Positions 1 to 8,589 of a stretch of DNA of 37,164 bases are shown here, in pieces. The DNA lies in the IMG/VR virus record IMGVR_UViG_2541047856_000006. One strand, 5' to 3'. The translations under genes were made by a program, and so were the position numbers. The notes under the pieces were generated by a model. The model saw nothing but the letters and a program-made list of their open reading frames with translations. It ran no database searches and was not told the DNA's origin. Within the stretch, counting starts at the first letter, position 1. Every line of letters begins with the position of its first letter. Source of the stretch: a virus. Lineage: Duplodnaviria > Heunggongvirae > Uroviricota > Caudoviricetes.

Positions 1-61
1 GGTATCCGTTCTGCTGAAGTGTCATGGCGTTGATTTTACGGTGACTCTTCGACAGTGAAAA

Positions 62-83
62 GAAAAAAGGCCGCAGAGCGGCC
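62..83 (-). terminator. Putative rho-independent terminator ending the leftward C-int-cargo operon
   Basis: Plus-strand aaaaaa followed by GGCCGC-agag-CGGCC (69..83); on the minus strand this is a GC stem followed by a T-run, just downstream of the ORF ending at 209. Confidence 0.55.
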
Positions 84-208
84 ATAAACACAAGTAAAAA
101 TCAATAAGTTAGATAATTATCAAAGACTTACAGACACACAAAAACACAGCAAACCACAACAAATAACAGGGATGTGGTCACTTTGTGGATCATATCGCCG
201 CCATAAAT

Positions 209-646
209 TTACTTAATAACAGTAACCACAGCCACAAGCACGGCCATCGCAGACAGGACAATACCTGTGAGTAACCAAGTCTGATTTGCAAATGATTTCT
301 GAAGTTCAGTACGATGCTCAGCCATCTCAACTTTCAGAGACTGGCGTAAATCAGCCATCTCAGACTTCAGGGATTGGCGCGATTCTGCCATCTCAAGCCT
401 CAACCCTTCGCGAATCTCCAGTACATCAGATTTGGTAGCAAAGGATTCGCTTCTTGTGGTGAGAGTAATCAGGTTGTTTTTGATTTCAGTCACATCACTT
501 TCCAGGCAACTGACCCGCCGTTCAAGGTCGTCATTCATGCCATCACCTCCATCATTACCACTTCCTGTTACTTGGTTGTTGGATACATTATAGGCATTCT
601 CTTTCTTTTTTCTGAACGGTAAAATAGAAGCACTGTCCGGCATCAT
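209..646 (-). CDS. Hypothetical membrane-anchored coiled-coil protein (cargo gene downstream of int)
   Basis: 145 aa ORF. It carries ~11-residue repeats (LRLEMAESRQS / LKSEMADLRQS / LKVEMAEHRTE) and a C-terminal hydrophobic segment (WLLTGIVLSAMAVLVAVVTVI). Its start overlaps the upstream ORF by 4 nt. Confidence 0.6.
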   Translation of the reverse strand: MMPDSASILPFRKKKENAYNVSNNQVTGSGNDGGDGMNDDLERRVSCLESDVTEIKNNLITLTTRSESFATKSDVLEIREGLRLEMAESRQSLKSEMADLRQSLKVEMAEHRTELQKSFANQTWLLTGIVLSAMAVLVAVVTVIK

Positions 647-1005
647 TTGTCATCGCCCTGCTTGCCTACCCAGTTCATAAAGGCCCGGGCCGAGTAACGA
701 TGAACAAACCCACATCTGTTACAGGTAAGTCGGAATTCATAGTTATGGATATTTTCCCGATCATGTCCCTCATATCCCGGATACCCAGTAAATGGACCGA
801 TGTAATCAAGCATAACAAAAGTGCCTAAATCACACTCCTCAGCAGTTTTCGGCTCAGGCCCCACCTCAACAATATTCGTCAAATACATGTACATATCCGT
901 ATCGCCACACGACAAACATTTTTCATTCGTAGACGACTCATTGAGAAAACGCGCAAAATTATCGAGCGTTGCCATTCTTTTAAGTTCATCTAAATGAAAC
1001 TTCAC
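643..1005 (-). CDS. Hypothetical Cys-pair (zinc-ribbon-like) protein, translationally coupled to int
   Basis: 120 aa ORF with CLSCGD and CNRCG motifs. It has a GTG start 2 nt after the int stop, with an AGGAGG Shine-Dalgarno inside the int 3' end. Confidence 0.55.
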   Translation of the reverse strand: MKFHLDELKRMATLDNFARFLNESSTNEKCLSCGDTDMYMYLTNIVEVGPEPKTAEECDLGTFVMLDYIGPFTGYPGYEGHDRENIHNYEFRLTCNRCGFVHRYSARAFMNWVGKQGDDK

Positions 1006-1007
1006 TC

Positions 1008-1985
1008 TTAAGCACCTCCTAGTGGATTAAACCTCACCGCATCCTGCAGGTAATCCGGCGCAAGATGGGCATAAATCATCGTTGTCTGAATCTTTGCGTG
1101 CCCCAGAATTTTCTGGAGCGTCAGAATATTGCCGCCGTTCATCATGAAATGACTGGCGAAGGTGTGGCGCAGCGCATGAACAGCCTGGCCGTCAGGAACA
1201 TCAGGTGCGACCGTTTTGATGACATCGCGAACCAATGAATAATCCAGCCTCGGAAACACCAGTTTCCCGCCCCGTTTTTTGATCTTTTCAAACAGGCTTT
1301 CAGAAATAGGAACGGTACGGTTTTTGCTGTTCTTCGTTTTTGAAAAAGTGATTCGACAATGAAGAACACGGCGCTGCTCCAGTGCCGCTACCTCGCCCCA
1401 TCGCGCCCCGGTCGACAGAAGGATTTCGACAGCCAGCCGCTCATCGGGATTTTCAGCCAGCGCATCCAGCAACTGAACACATTCAGACTTACTCAGGTAT
1501 CCCATTTCGCGCTCGTTAACCTTCATTCCTTTAAGGCCTTGAACGGGGTTATCGTTAAGAAAATGGCCGGATGAGATGAGTGCGGTAAACATCGCGCTTA
1601 ACGCCCCAATCTCTCGATTTATGGTGCTGGGCTGTATCCCCTGCTCTATCCTGGACACACGTAGCTCGGTGAGCATTGTTGTATTAAGTTTATGTACGCA
1701 CGGGTCATCCATTGCCTCACTCAAGCGCAGCAATTTAAGGCGCGTGTTATGCCCTGACTTCATTAGCTGGCCGTGGTATTTCCACCACAAGTCAATAAGC
1801 ACTGACAGAGGACGGCGATCAATAGAGTTTCCTTTCCACTCATTGTTATGCTGTTGCGCCAGCACCCACCGCTCATATAAAACTGCATCCGATTTCGTTT
1901 TAAATTTTTTGCGAATGCGTTTGCCTTTACGCCCCTCAGGGCGCATGTCAAGAAGATACCCTCCCGGAATTGATTTTATGCTCAT
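1008..1985 (-). CDS. int: P2-type tyrosine integrase
   Basis: C-terminal catalytic region HALRHTFASHFMMNGG...LGHAKIQTTMIYAHL. The N-terminus MSIKSIPGGYLLDMRPEGRKGKRIRKKF aligns with the remembered P2 Int start, so the start is placed at the ATG at 1985 rather than the upstream ORF extension to 2135. Confidence 0.93.
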   Translation of the reverse strand: MSIKSIPGGYLLDMRPEGRKGKRIRKKFKTKSDAVLYERWVLAQQHNNEWKGNSIDRRPLSVLIDLWWKYHGQLMKSGHNTRLKLLRLSEAMDDPCVHKLNTTMLTELRVSRIEQGIQPSTINREIGALSAMFTALISSGHFLNDNPVQGLKGMKVNEREMGYLSKSECVQLLDALAENPDERLAVEILLSTGARWGEVAALEQRRVLHCRITFSKTKNSKNRTVPISESLFEKIKKRGGKLVFPRLDYSLVRDVIKTVAPDVPDGQAVHALRHTFASHFMMNGGNILTLQKILGHAKIQTTMIYAHLAPDYLQDAVRFNPLGGA

Positions 1986-2034
1986 TCGTGAAACCCCAGC
2001 GTTACAAGACCACCATGCCCCCAGCGTTCCATGA

Positions 2035-2343
2035 TTAGCCGGGCTGTGTACCAGTCTTGCGGGATTTTTGAGAAGACGATGTGTTTTCTGGCCCATCAGG
2101 GGAGAGAGAGGGACTGATCTGCCCAGCAGCCTCATTCGTTTTTCCTGTCATAAGCCAATTCATGTACTTAAAAAAGCGAGGGTGATTAACAATCTTGATA
2201 AGCACTTCGCCCCCTATGTTTTCAATCCGCCCCGTTTCATAACGACGCAAAGTGCCGATAGGCACATCAATCAGGCCGCAAAATTCTTCGCGCGTTAAAT
2301 CCTCTGATTCACGAATCACTCTAATTTTTTCACCGATAAGCAT
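2035..2343 (-). CDS. C: Immunity repressor C (P2 C-like, helix-turn-helix)
   Basis: ~100 aa, directly upstream of int on the same strand and divergent from the early operon; the N-terminal helix-turn-helix-like segment and the tail ...SGQISPSL... resemble P2 C as remembered. Confidence 0.75.
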   Translation of the reverse strand: MLIGEKIRVIRESEDLTREEFCGLIDVPIGTLRRYETGRIENIGGEVLIKIVNHPRFFKYMNWLMTGKTNEAAGQISPSLSPDGPENTSSSQKSRKTGTQPG

Positions 2344-2400
2344 TGACAGTGTTCCTATAAGTACACTAAGCTTGCGCGCAAGGTGTACTTATAAGTACAC
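2343..2400. promoter_or_regulatory. Lysis-lysogeny switch operator/promoter region
   Basis: TTGACA at 2343..2348; direct repeat TATAAGTACAC at 2356..2366 and 2390..2400; perfect 18-bp palindrome GTGTACTTATAAGTACAC at 2383..2400. It lies between divergent C and the Cox-like gene. Confidence 0.6.
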
Positions 2401-2439
2401 CAAGTCACAAACAACCACAGATAGCGCAGGTTATCACAC

Positions 2440-2718
2440 ATGGCAAAAGTCCTGAACACACACGAACAGGCAGACTTTGAGCGTTTAGCAGCGTTCTATC
2501 CCTACCGCGATGAGCATGGGTTACCAGTACTTGAAGAAAGCCTGAAAGATTACGCAAAGCGTACCAACCAAGCTGTTAACACAGTGAAAAGACAGGCTGA
2601 CAGAGGTTCAATTCCCATCAACCAAGATGAAAAGAACTCAAGACGCACAGTAAATCTCTTCGCTCTTTTCCTGAAAACAATCAGGAGCGCAGAGAAATAC
2701 GTGCAGATGACAAAATAA
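2440..2718 (+). CDS. Putative Cox/Apl-like early regulator-excisionase (called by position)
   Basis: 92 aa, first gene of the rightward early operon, divergent from C. No confident sequence-level match was recalled. Confidence 0.45.
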   Translation: MAKVLNTHEQADFERLAAFYPYRDEHGLPVLEESLKDYAKRTNQAVNTVKRQADRGSIPINQDEKNSRRTVNLFALFLKTIRSAEKYVQMTK

Positions 2719-2732
2719 CGAGGTGTCATTTT

Positions 2733-3071
2733 ATGCTGAAGCAACGCCGTAATTTTCGTACCGGAACAGAACGCCACGCTAACCATTTCGCTACCAACGC
2801 ATCACGCAGCAACATCCGCTACAACCTGAGCGAGACGCACGCAACACCTGATGGCCACACAGTAAAACAAATTGGCGAACACACCTGGCTAATTGAAAAA
2901 GCTGGAATCGTGGTTCACAGATGCCCACGCAATCCGTTTACCGGAAACCGCATTTTTGCACTAAGCAGCGGCGACAATCAGTTCGGACAGGATTTCACAT
3001 TATACGAAGCACTTCGCACGGTTGATCGTCTGCTTCGCGGGCAAAGTTTTATTAAACAGACTGATTTATAA
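2733..3071 (+). CDS. Hypothetical early-region protein
   Basis: 112 aa ORF in the early operon. Confidence 0.5.
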   Translation: MLKQRRNFRTGTERHANHFATNASRSNIRYNLSETHATPDGHTVKQIGEHTWLIEKAGIVVHRCPRNPFTGNRIFALSSGDNQFGQDFTLYEALRTVDRLLRGQSFIKQTDL

Positions 3072-3081
3072 CAGGTGCGTT

Positions 3082-3360
3082 ATGATCAAAGAGCATGCAC
3101 AAGGTGTATTTATCCGTTTTATTGATTTTCGCGGTGAACTGTTATTGCGCGCATCAGCTATTGATGGAGTTGTCCCATCAGAAAAAAATGCAGCTACTTA
3201 CGTTTATCTGAACGGCACGCGCCTGACCGTAGAACTTCCGTACCAGACTGTACACGGAATCATTAGCGAAGCTGAAAAAGCACGTAAGATTAATGGCGAT
3301 GAACCCTATATCGAAATTATTTGTATGGATTCAGAAGCTGAAATTCAGAAAGCAGATTAA
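3082..3360 (+). CDS. Hypothetical early-region protein
   Basis: ORF frame 3022..3360; start taken at the ATG at 3082 (MIKEHAQG...) to avoid overlap with the previous gene. Confidence 0.5.
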   Translation: MIKEHAQGVFIRFIDFRGELLLRASAIDGVVPSEKNAATYVYLNGTRLTVELPYQTVHGIISEAEKARKINGDEPYIEIICMDSEAEIQKAD

Positions 3361-3371
3361 AGGGCGTTGCG

Positions 3372-3614
3372 ATGGGCAAAGAATATAAAACTCTCATTAA
3401 CAAAGCACTTGAGCGTTTTTATTTTCGCTTAAGTGCATCAGGTGCTCATGCTGAACGTGCAGCCCGTGACTCATTGACCAGGGCAATCCGGAGTCTGTAT
3501 GACGTGGCTTTTTACGCTGATGATCTGGATGCACTTAACGAACTTTCCGAGCTGATCTGTGCCGCAGAATGCGGGGAACATATTGAACCGTATAAGCTGG
3601 GAAATATCGCATGA
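3372..3614 (+). CDS. Hypothetical early-region protein
   Basis: 80 aa ORF, tightly packed in the operon. Confidence 0.5.
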   Translation: MGKEYKTLINKALERFYFRLSASGAHAERAARDSLTRAIRSLYDVAFYADDLDALNELSELICAAECGEHIEPYKLGNIA

Positions 3615-3724
3615 GTATATTTATCTCATGGCTTGTTCTGATTATTTCGGTGGTCTGCGCCATTGGGATTATGCGAATTATTAATTCAGTAAAAAAGATT
3701 GAACGCTTTTTCACTGAAGAATAA
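3611..3724 (+). CDS. Putative small membrane protein (37 aa)
   Basis: ATG overlaps the previous stop (ATGA). Translation MSIFISWLVLIISVVCAIGIMRIINSVKKIERFFTEE has one hydrophobic helix. It is below the length cut-off of the ORF track. Confidence 0.35.
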   Translation: MSIFISWLVLIISVVCAIGIMRIINSVKKIERFFTEE

Positions 3725-3810
3725 CCGCGCAAATAAGACCCTAGGTTAAATAAGAAAATGTGAAAACAATCCGCATTCGCGGAGGTATTCGCACACGCCA
3801 AGGAGGCGTA

Positions 3811-4014
3811 ATGGCAATTAAGCATTTTCCTGTCGTTCGTTTCACTTCCAGAGGACGTGAATACGAAGTCGACGAACGCCTGATTACCACAATCGACAAA
3901 CACCGCTCAGAAAAGGATGCACACCACATCTATCTCACTGACGGTACTTACTTCTGCGCCACTAATGTGGCGCGGGTGAATCTTATCCGACAGGTACAGG
4001 ATCCACGTAAATGA
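3811..4014 (+). CDS. Hypothetical early-region protein
   Basis: ORF frame 3760..4014; the ATG at 3811 is preceded by AAGGAGG. Confidence 0.5.
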   Translation: MAIKHFPVVRFTSRGREYEVDERLITTIDKHRSEKDAHHIYLTDGTYFCATNVARVNLIRQVQDPRK

Positions 4015-4229
4015 GCAGGAGAAGAATCACTCGCAGACATCACCGCACACACCTGAATTCCTCAGCAACGCTAAAGGCACTTATTCAAAGCGAGATCGGT
4101 GATTTCTTCGCGGGAGTTGGCTCACCAGGTGAACCAGAAACACCAGAAGCGATGCAGCGTGAGCTCATGATACGCATAGATAACACTTTTGATTTCTTCT
4201 ACAGCATGCACGGAATTAAACAGAAATGA
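4011..4229 (+). CDS. Hypothetical early-region protein
   Basis: 72 aa; start overlaps the previous stop. Confidence 0.45.
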   Translation: MSRRRITRRHHRTHLNSSATLKALIQSEIGDFFAGVGSPGEPETPEAMQRELMIRIDNTFDFFYSMHGIKQK

Positions 4230-4337
4230 ACCTCAAGCCAGCAATAACTACTCGTAGAACGCCAATTTCTGTAACCGACCGCTTCTGAGTTTTTTGGCAG
4301 GAAGCCTTCGCACATCCTTAGTAGAGAGAATTGCAGC

Positions 4338-4727
4338 ATGATTGACGCTCATGACTTCACAAGATGGGTGCGCACACAGGACACCCGTCTGGCTCCCATT
4401 CTTCAGGGATTATTTGATCTCTACATCCGTGGTCGTGACAACAGAGCACGCACCACAAAACCGGAGAATGCGGACACCCTTTATTTCACAGTAGACGACT
4501 GCTACCGCGTGGATTTCACACCACACGGGCTGGCGTTGCACTGCCTGACACCACACGGCGAATCACTGCTGGCGTATTACGACTCCCCGGCCTCCGTATT
4601 TGCGGCAATGCTGGCGCATCGCACTGCTGGCGGGTGTGCCTCGCTGAGTGAATACACCGCTGAATTTAACCGCCTTTCCGCCATCTTCTCGCAGGAGTGG
4701 CAGCGCGTGACGGGATACCAGCCATGA
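4338..4727 (+). CDS. Hypothetical protein immediately upstream of A (position of P2 B; homology not established)
   Basis: 129 aa; its stop overlaps the A start (ATGA). Confidence 0.5.
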   Translation: MIDAHDFTRWVRTQDTRLAPILQGLFDLYIRGRDNRARTTKPENADTLYFTVDDCYRVDFTPHGLALHCLTPHGESLLAYYDSPASVFAAMLAHRTAGGCASLSEYTAEFNRLSAIFSQEWQRVTGYQP

Positions 4728-7549
4728 GTGAGTTTGCATGGAGCTGGAATGAACCACGGCCAGCCATTGATCCGGCCAGATTTACGGAGCGCAGGCAGGA
4801 AACTGAAACCGACCTGCAACGCGCCATCCGTTACTACCTTGAGGCGGACAAAAGGGCACAGGAAGAACAGGAAGCGAAGGAAGAAGCCTTTTTCGCACAA
4901 TCCTCCATGGGTAAAAAACTCATGGCATCCCTTGAGGAAGCCGGACAGCGTGAAAAGCTGGCACAGAGCATCATCAGTAAGCGCCGGGCAACAGAACAAG
5001 ACCCGGTAGCCCGTGCCTTTGCCACACTAAAGGCACTACCTGTTTATCTGCGTGAACCACTGAGCCGCCACCTCTCTTTCCTGCGCAAAAAACAGGAAGC
5101 CGATCGCCAGAAAGGCAAAAAGAGCTGGCAGGCGGAACGCTATGCACGCGGAACCCTGCGCAAAATATTCGAACGTCTGGATCGCACTGACGGACGCTGG
5201 CTGACACCGGGTTATCGCTCCCTTGCCGGGCGCGAACGCCTGGACGATTTGCTTTACCTGCCGCAGCTCAACAAGCACCAGATACAGACGCTGGCCACCA
5301 TGACCGCGGCGATGTTCAGCAGCACCTTCGAAACACTCTGCGATGGCTTTGGTGCCAGAGATGGCGAGCTGACCATGGATGTAATGTTGAAGGCTTACCG
5401 GATGCTGGCTCGTATCGCATTACGCCTGCACATCATGCCGCCACATTACGAAGCCCTGAACAAGAGCGAACCGGATACGGAACTGCTGCCGGGCGCAATC
5501 CTTCGCCTGACCTGTGCGGACTGGTGGAAACGCAAACTGTGGCTGTTACGTTGTGAGTGGAGAGAAGAACAACTCCGCGCCGCCTGTCTGGTTTCCAGAA
5601 AAACATCACCCTATCTGAGCCAGGACGCGTTAAGCGAGTTTCGCGCACAGCGCGAGAAAACCCGCGACTTCCTGAAGAGCTTCGAACTGGAAAACGAAGA
5701 CGGCTTCACGATTGATCTCGAGACAGTGTATTACGCGGGAGTAAGTAACCCGGTTCACCGTAAGGCAGAAATGATGGCCACCATGAAGGGACTGGAACTT
5801 CTGGCCGAAGCCCGTGGCGACAAAGCGGTGTTTCTGACTGTCACCTGCCCGTCAAAATACCACGCCACAACAGAGAACGGTCATCCGAATCCCAAATGGA
5901 ACGGGGCCACCATGCGCGACTCCAGCGATTACCTGGTTAACACCTTTTTTGCGGCGGTCCGCAAAAAACTGAACCGCGACGGCCTGCGCTGGTATGGCAT
6001 CCGCACGGTGGAGCCTCACCATGACGGCACCGTGCACTGGCATATGATGGTCTTTGCTCATCCGGAAGAAATCGACAGCATCGTGGCCATCACCCGCGAT
6101 ATTGCCATTCAGGAAGACCGCCACGAGCTGGGCAATGATATTACTCCGCGCTTTAAGGTGGAGTACGTCGACGGCTCCAAAGGCACGCCAACCAGCTACA
6201 TCGCCACCTACATCGGAAAAAACCTGGACAGCCGCGCCGTGGATGGAATCGATCCGAAAACGGGCAAACCACGCGTTGACCACGAAACCGGAAAATCAAT
6301 GGCCGAGAGCGTGGAGCGCGCCATCGGCTGGGCGCGCCTTCATCGGGTCCGCCAGTTCCAGTTCTTTGGCATCCCCTCCCGTCAGGTGTGGCGTGAACTG
6401 CGCCGCCTTGCCAGCCAGATGGCACGCAACCCGGAAGGCCCGCAACGGCTGAAGGATGACGCAATGGATGCGGTACTCGCTGCCGCCGATGCCGGGTGTT
6501 TTGCCACCTACATTGAAAAACAGGGCGGCGTACTTGTTCCACGCAAAGACTACCTGATTCGCACTGCCTACGACCTCGCAGATGAGCTGAACGATTACGG
6601 CGAACAGAGCGTACAGATTTACGGGATCTGGTCACCACTCATCGGGGAATCCTCCCGTGTGTGCACGCATCCGGATAACTGGAAGCTGGTAAGACGTAAA
6701 CCGGAAGCGGAAGACAGCGCCCGCGAAAATGGTTTTGACCTTCAGGGCGGCCCAGCCGCCCCTTGGACTCGTGGCAATAACTGTCCCCGTGTACAGGAAA
6801 CGAACAACAACGGGACAGAACAGCCGGAAGAACGGCCAGCACCGTGGCCGCAGCTCCCTGACGGCGTTGAAGTGAATGAATGGATGCGCTCACTGAAACG
6901 GCACGAACGCCGGGCGCTGATGCGTTCGCTGCGTGACAAACAGGCAAAAAACAGCAGTGATGAAATGCAGAGCTGGACACAGAGCCGCAAACAGCAGCGG
7001 CCTTTGCCTGATAACCACGAATTACTCGCTAAAGAATGGCGGGAGTCTGCTGAATCTCTCGGCCTGCATATCGGTGAACAGCAGATGCAGCACCTGTTAC
7101 GGGGCGGCAGTCTGTACGTTGACGGCAGCATCATTGCACCGCAGGGATTTGAAATTGTACGCAAACCGGATACCCGACCGGACAGCCGGATCACGCAGCT
7201 CTGGCAGCGCCTGAGCCGTAACCACGGCGTAAGCAGCACGGAGATCCGCCATAACCCGGTCGTCAGCTACCTGGAACAGCTGGGGGCATCAGACCCCGAA
7301 GCCGCCGCACGCCTGGCATTCACACTTCAGCAGGACCAGAACACCATGAAAACACCCGTTACCGTGCTTTCTGACATGCTGCGCGCCATCCGCGACGCAG
7401 AGCACGCACAGAGAATCAGTGAAACCACTGAACGCGCCCGCCGCAAAGCAGACCTGCTGCGGGGTGGCCTGACCAGTGGAAACAAAAAACAGACAGAAAC
7501 GGGATTCACAAATCCCGTAAATGAGCAAAAAACGCGCCGCGATATATGA
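4724..7549 (+). CDS. A: Rolling-circle replication endonuclease (P2 gpA family)
   Basis: HUH-type motif HDGTVHWHMMVFA and paired tyrosines YIATYIGK. The ATG at 4724 overlaps the upstream stop. The C-terminal region is longer than the ~760 aa remembered for P2 A. Confidence 0.93.
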   Translation: MSEFAWSWNEPRPAIDPARFTERRQETETDLQRAIRYYLEADKRAQEEQEAKEEAFFAQSSMGKKLMASLEEAGQREKLAQSIISKRRATEQDPVARAFATLKALPVYLREPLSRHLSFLRKKQEADRQKGKKSWQAERYARGTLRKIFERLDRTDGRWLTPGYRSLAGRERLDDLLYLPQLNKHQIQTLATMTAAMFSSTFETLCDGFGARDGELTMDVMLKAYRMLARIALRLHIMPPHYEALNKSEPDTELLPGAILRLTCADWWKRKLWLLRCEWREEQLRAACLVSRKTSPYLSQDALSEFRAQREKTRDFLKSFELENEDGFTIDLETVYYAGVSNPVHRKAEMMATMKGLELLAEARGDKAVFLTVTCPSKYHATTENGHPNPKWNGATMRDSSDYLVNTFFAAVRKKLNRDGLRWYGIRTVEPHHDGTVHWHMMVFAHPEEIDSIVAITRDIAIQEDRHELGNDITPRFKVEYVDGSKGTPTSYIATYIGKNLDSRAVDGIDPKTGKPRVDHETGKSMAESVERAIGWARLHRVRQFQFFGIPSRQVWRELRRLASQMARNPEGPQRLKDDAMDAVLAAADAGCFATYIEKQGGVLVPRKDYLIRTAYDLADELNDYGEQSVQIYGIWSPLIGESSRVCTHPDNWKLVRRKPEAEDSARENGFDLQGGPAAPWTRGNNCPRVQETNNNGTEQPEERPAPWPQLPDGVEVNEWMRSLKRHERRALMRSLRDKQAKNSSDEMQSWTQSRKQQRPLPDNHELLAKEWRESAESLGLHIGEQQMQHLLRGGSLYVDGSIIAPQGFEIVRKPDTRPDSRITQLWQRLSRNHGVSSTEIRHNPVVSYLEQLGASDPEAAARLAFTLQQDQNTMKTPVTVLSDMLRAIRDAEHAQRISETTERARRKADLLRGGLTSGNKKQTETGFTNPVNEQKTRRDI
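7496..7521. promoter_or_regulatory. Palindromic element 1 (ACGGGATT-caca-AATCCCGT)
   Basis: 8-bp perfect inverted repeat at 7499..7518 with AAA flanks, inside the 3' end of A. A near-identical copy lies 73 bp downstream. Confidence 0.5.
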
Positions 7550-7568
7550 AGCGCGCATAAAACAGGCA

Positions 7569-7594
7569 AAAACGGGATTTCAGAATCCCGTAAA
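7569..7594. promoter_or_regulatory. Palindromic element 2 (ACGGGATT-tcag-AATCCCGT), putative ParR-binding centromere/operator
   Basis: Same 8-bp stem at 7572..7591, ~35 bp upstream of parM. The pair flanks an AT-rich GATATAT segment. Confidence 0.5.
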
Positions 7595-7625
7595 CGATTA
7601 ATTAATCAACATAAGGAAAAGCGAC

Positions 7626-8585
7626 ATGAAAATTTGTATCGATGACGGCTCCACCAACATCAAGCTGGCATGGACTGAGAACGGCGAACGCCGCAACGCC
7701 ATCAGCCCGAACAGCTTCAAGTCGGAATGGTCTGCGCCGTTCGGTGGCACGCAGCCCGCGAACTACATGCTTGATGGCGTGCGCTATGGTTTTGATCCGG
7801 TCAGCGATCGCTTTGTCCAGACGACCGACACGCAATACCAGTACAGCGATGTGAATGTCATTGCCATTCATCACGCGCTGGTCAAATCAGGCATCACACC
7901 ACAGGAAGTGGATGTGGTTGTCACCCTGCCACTGAGCGAGTATTTCGACACAAACGCACAGCCGGACATGGCCAACATCAACCGCAAAAAAGCAAACGTC
8001 ATGCGCCCGGTGGCGTACCAGAACGGAAAAGCATTCACTATCCGTAACGTACGGGTTATGCCTGAATCCATTCCGGCTGGTTTTAAAGCACTGGCTGACA
8101 TGAGTCCGTTTGAATCCCTGCTGATTGTGGATTTAGGCGGAACCACGCTGGATGTGGCAAAGGTTCAGGGGCAACTGGCAGGTATCAGCCAGGTGTTTTG
8201 CGATCCACACGTAGGCGTTTCTCTGATGGCCAATGCCGTACTGTCGGTGATGGCCACTAACGGTATGCGCACCAGTCACCACATCGCCAATACCATTATC
8301 GAACATCGCCATGATGAAGCCTGGCTGCGCCAGCACATCCACAATGACGCGCATTACGCCAGCCTGATGGCGGTTATTCGTGAAAAGGAAGAAACACTGA
8401 AACAACGCGTGATCCGCGCGCTGGCGGGTTTTTCGGGTTACGGGCGGGTGATGGTTGTCGGTGGCGGGGCGGAGATTGTGGCACCCGCTATCCGCGAAGC
8501 CTGCGGAGTTAATGCGACTTTCATCGCGGACGGGGTGCCACAGTTTGCTCTGGTTAATGGGCTGTACGCAATGGACAAGGAGTAA
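7626..8585 (+). CDS. parM: Actin-like segregation ATPase ParM/StbA
   Basis: N-terminus MKICIDDGSTNIKLAW...ISPNSFKSEW...YSDVNVIAIHHALVKSGI closely matches the remembered plasmid R1 ParM; DLGGTT and VVGGGA phosphate-binding motifs present. Confidence 0.88.
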   Translation: MKICIDDGSTNIKLAWTENGERRNAISPNSFKSEWSAPFGGTQPANYMLDGVRYGFDPVSDRFVQTTDTQYQYSDVNVIAIHHALVKSGITPQEVDVVVTLPLSEYFDTNAQPDMANINRKKANVMRPVAYQNGKAFTIRNVRVMPESIPAGFKALADMSPFESLLIVDLGGTTLDVAKVQGQLAGISQVFCDPHVGVSLMANAVLSVMATNGMRTSHHIANTIIEHRHDEAWLRQHIHNDAHYASLMAVIREKEETLKQRVIRALAGFSGYGRVMVVGGGAEIVAPAIREACGVNATFIADGVPQFALVNGLYAMDKE

Positions 8586-8589
8586 ACCA

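Noticed and set aside
1986-2135. Upstream extension of the integrase ORF (start at 2135, 375 aa)
   Set aside because: The extension would overlap the C repressor gene, and the MSIKS... start at 1985 aligns with the remembered P2 Int N-terminus; the extension is treated as non-coding ORF run-on.
4577-7569. Multiple 60-165-aa ORFs on both strands inside gene A (e.g. 5852..6283, 6153..6638, 6742..7239)
   Set aside because: All are nested within or antisense to the well-supported A reading frame, with Arg/Cys/Ser-rich low-complexity translations; judged to be frame shadows.
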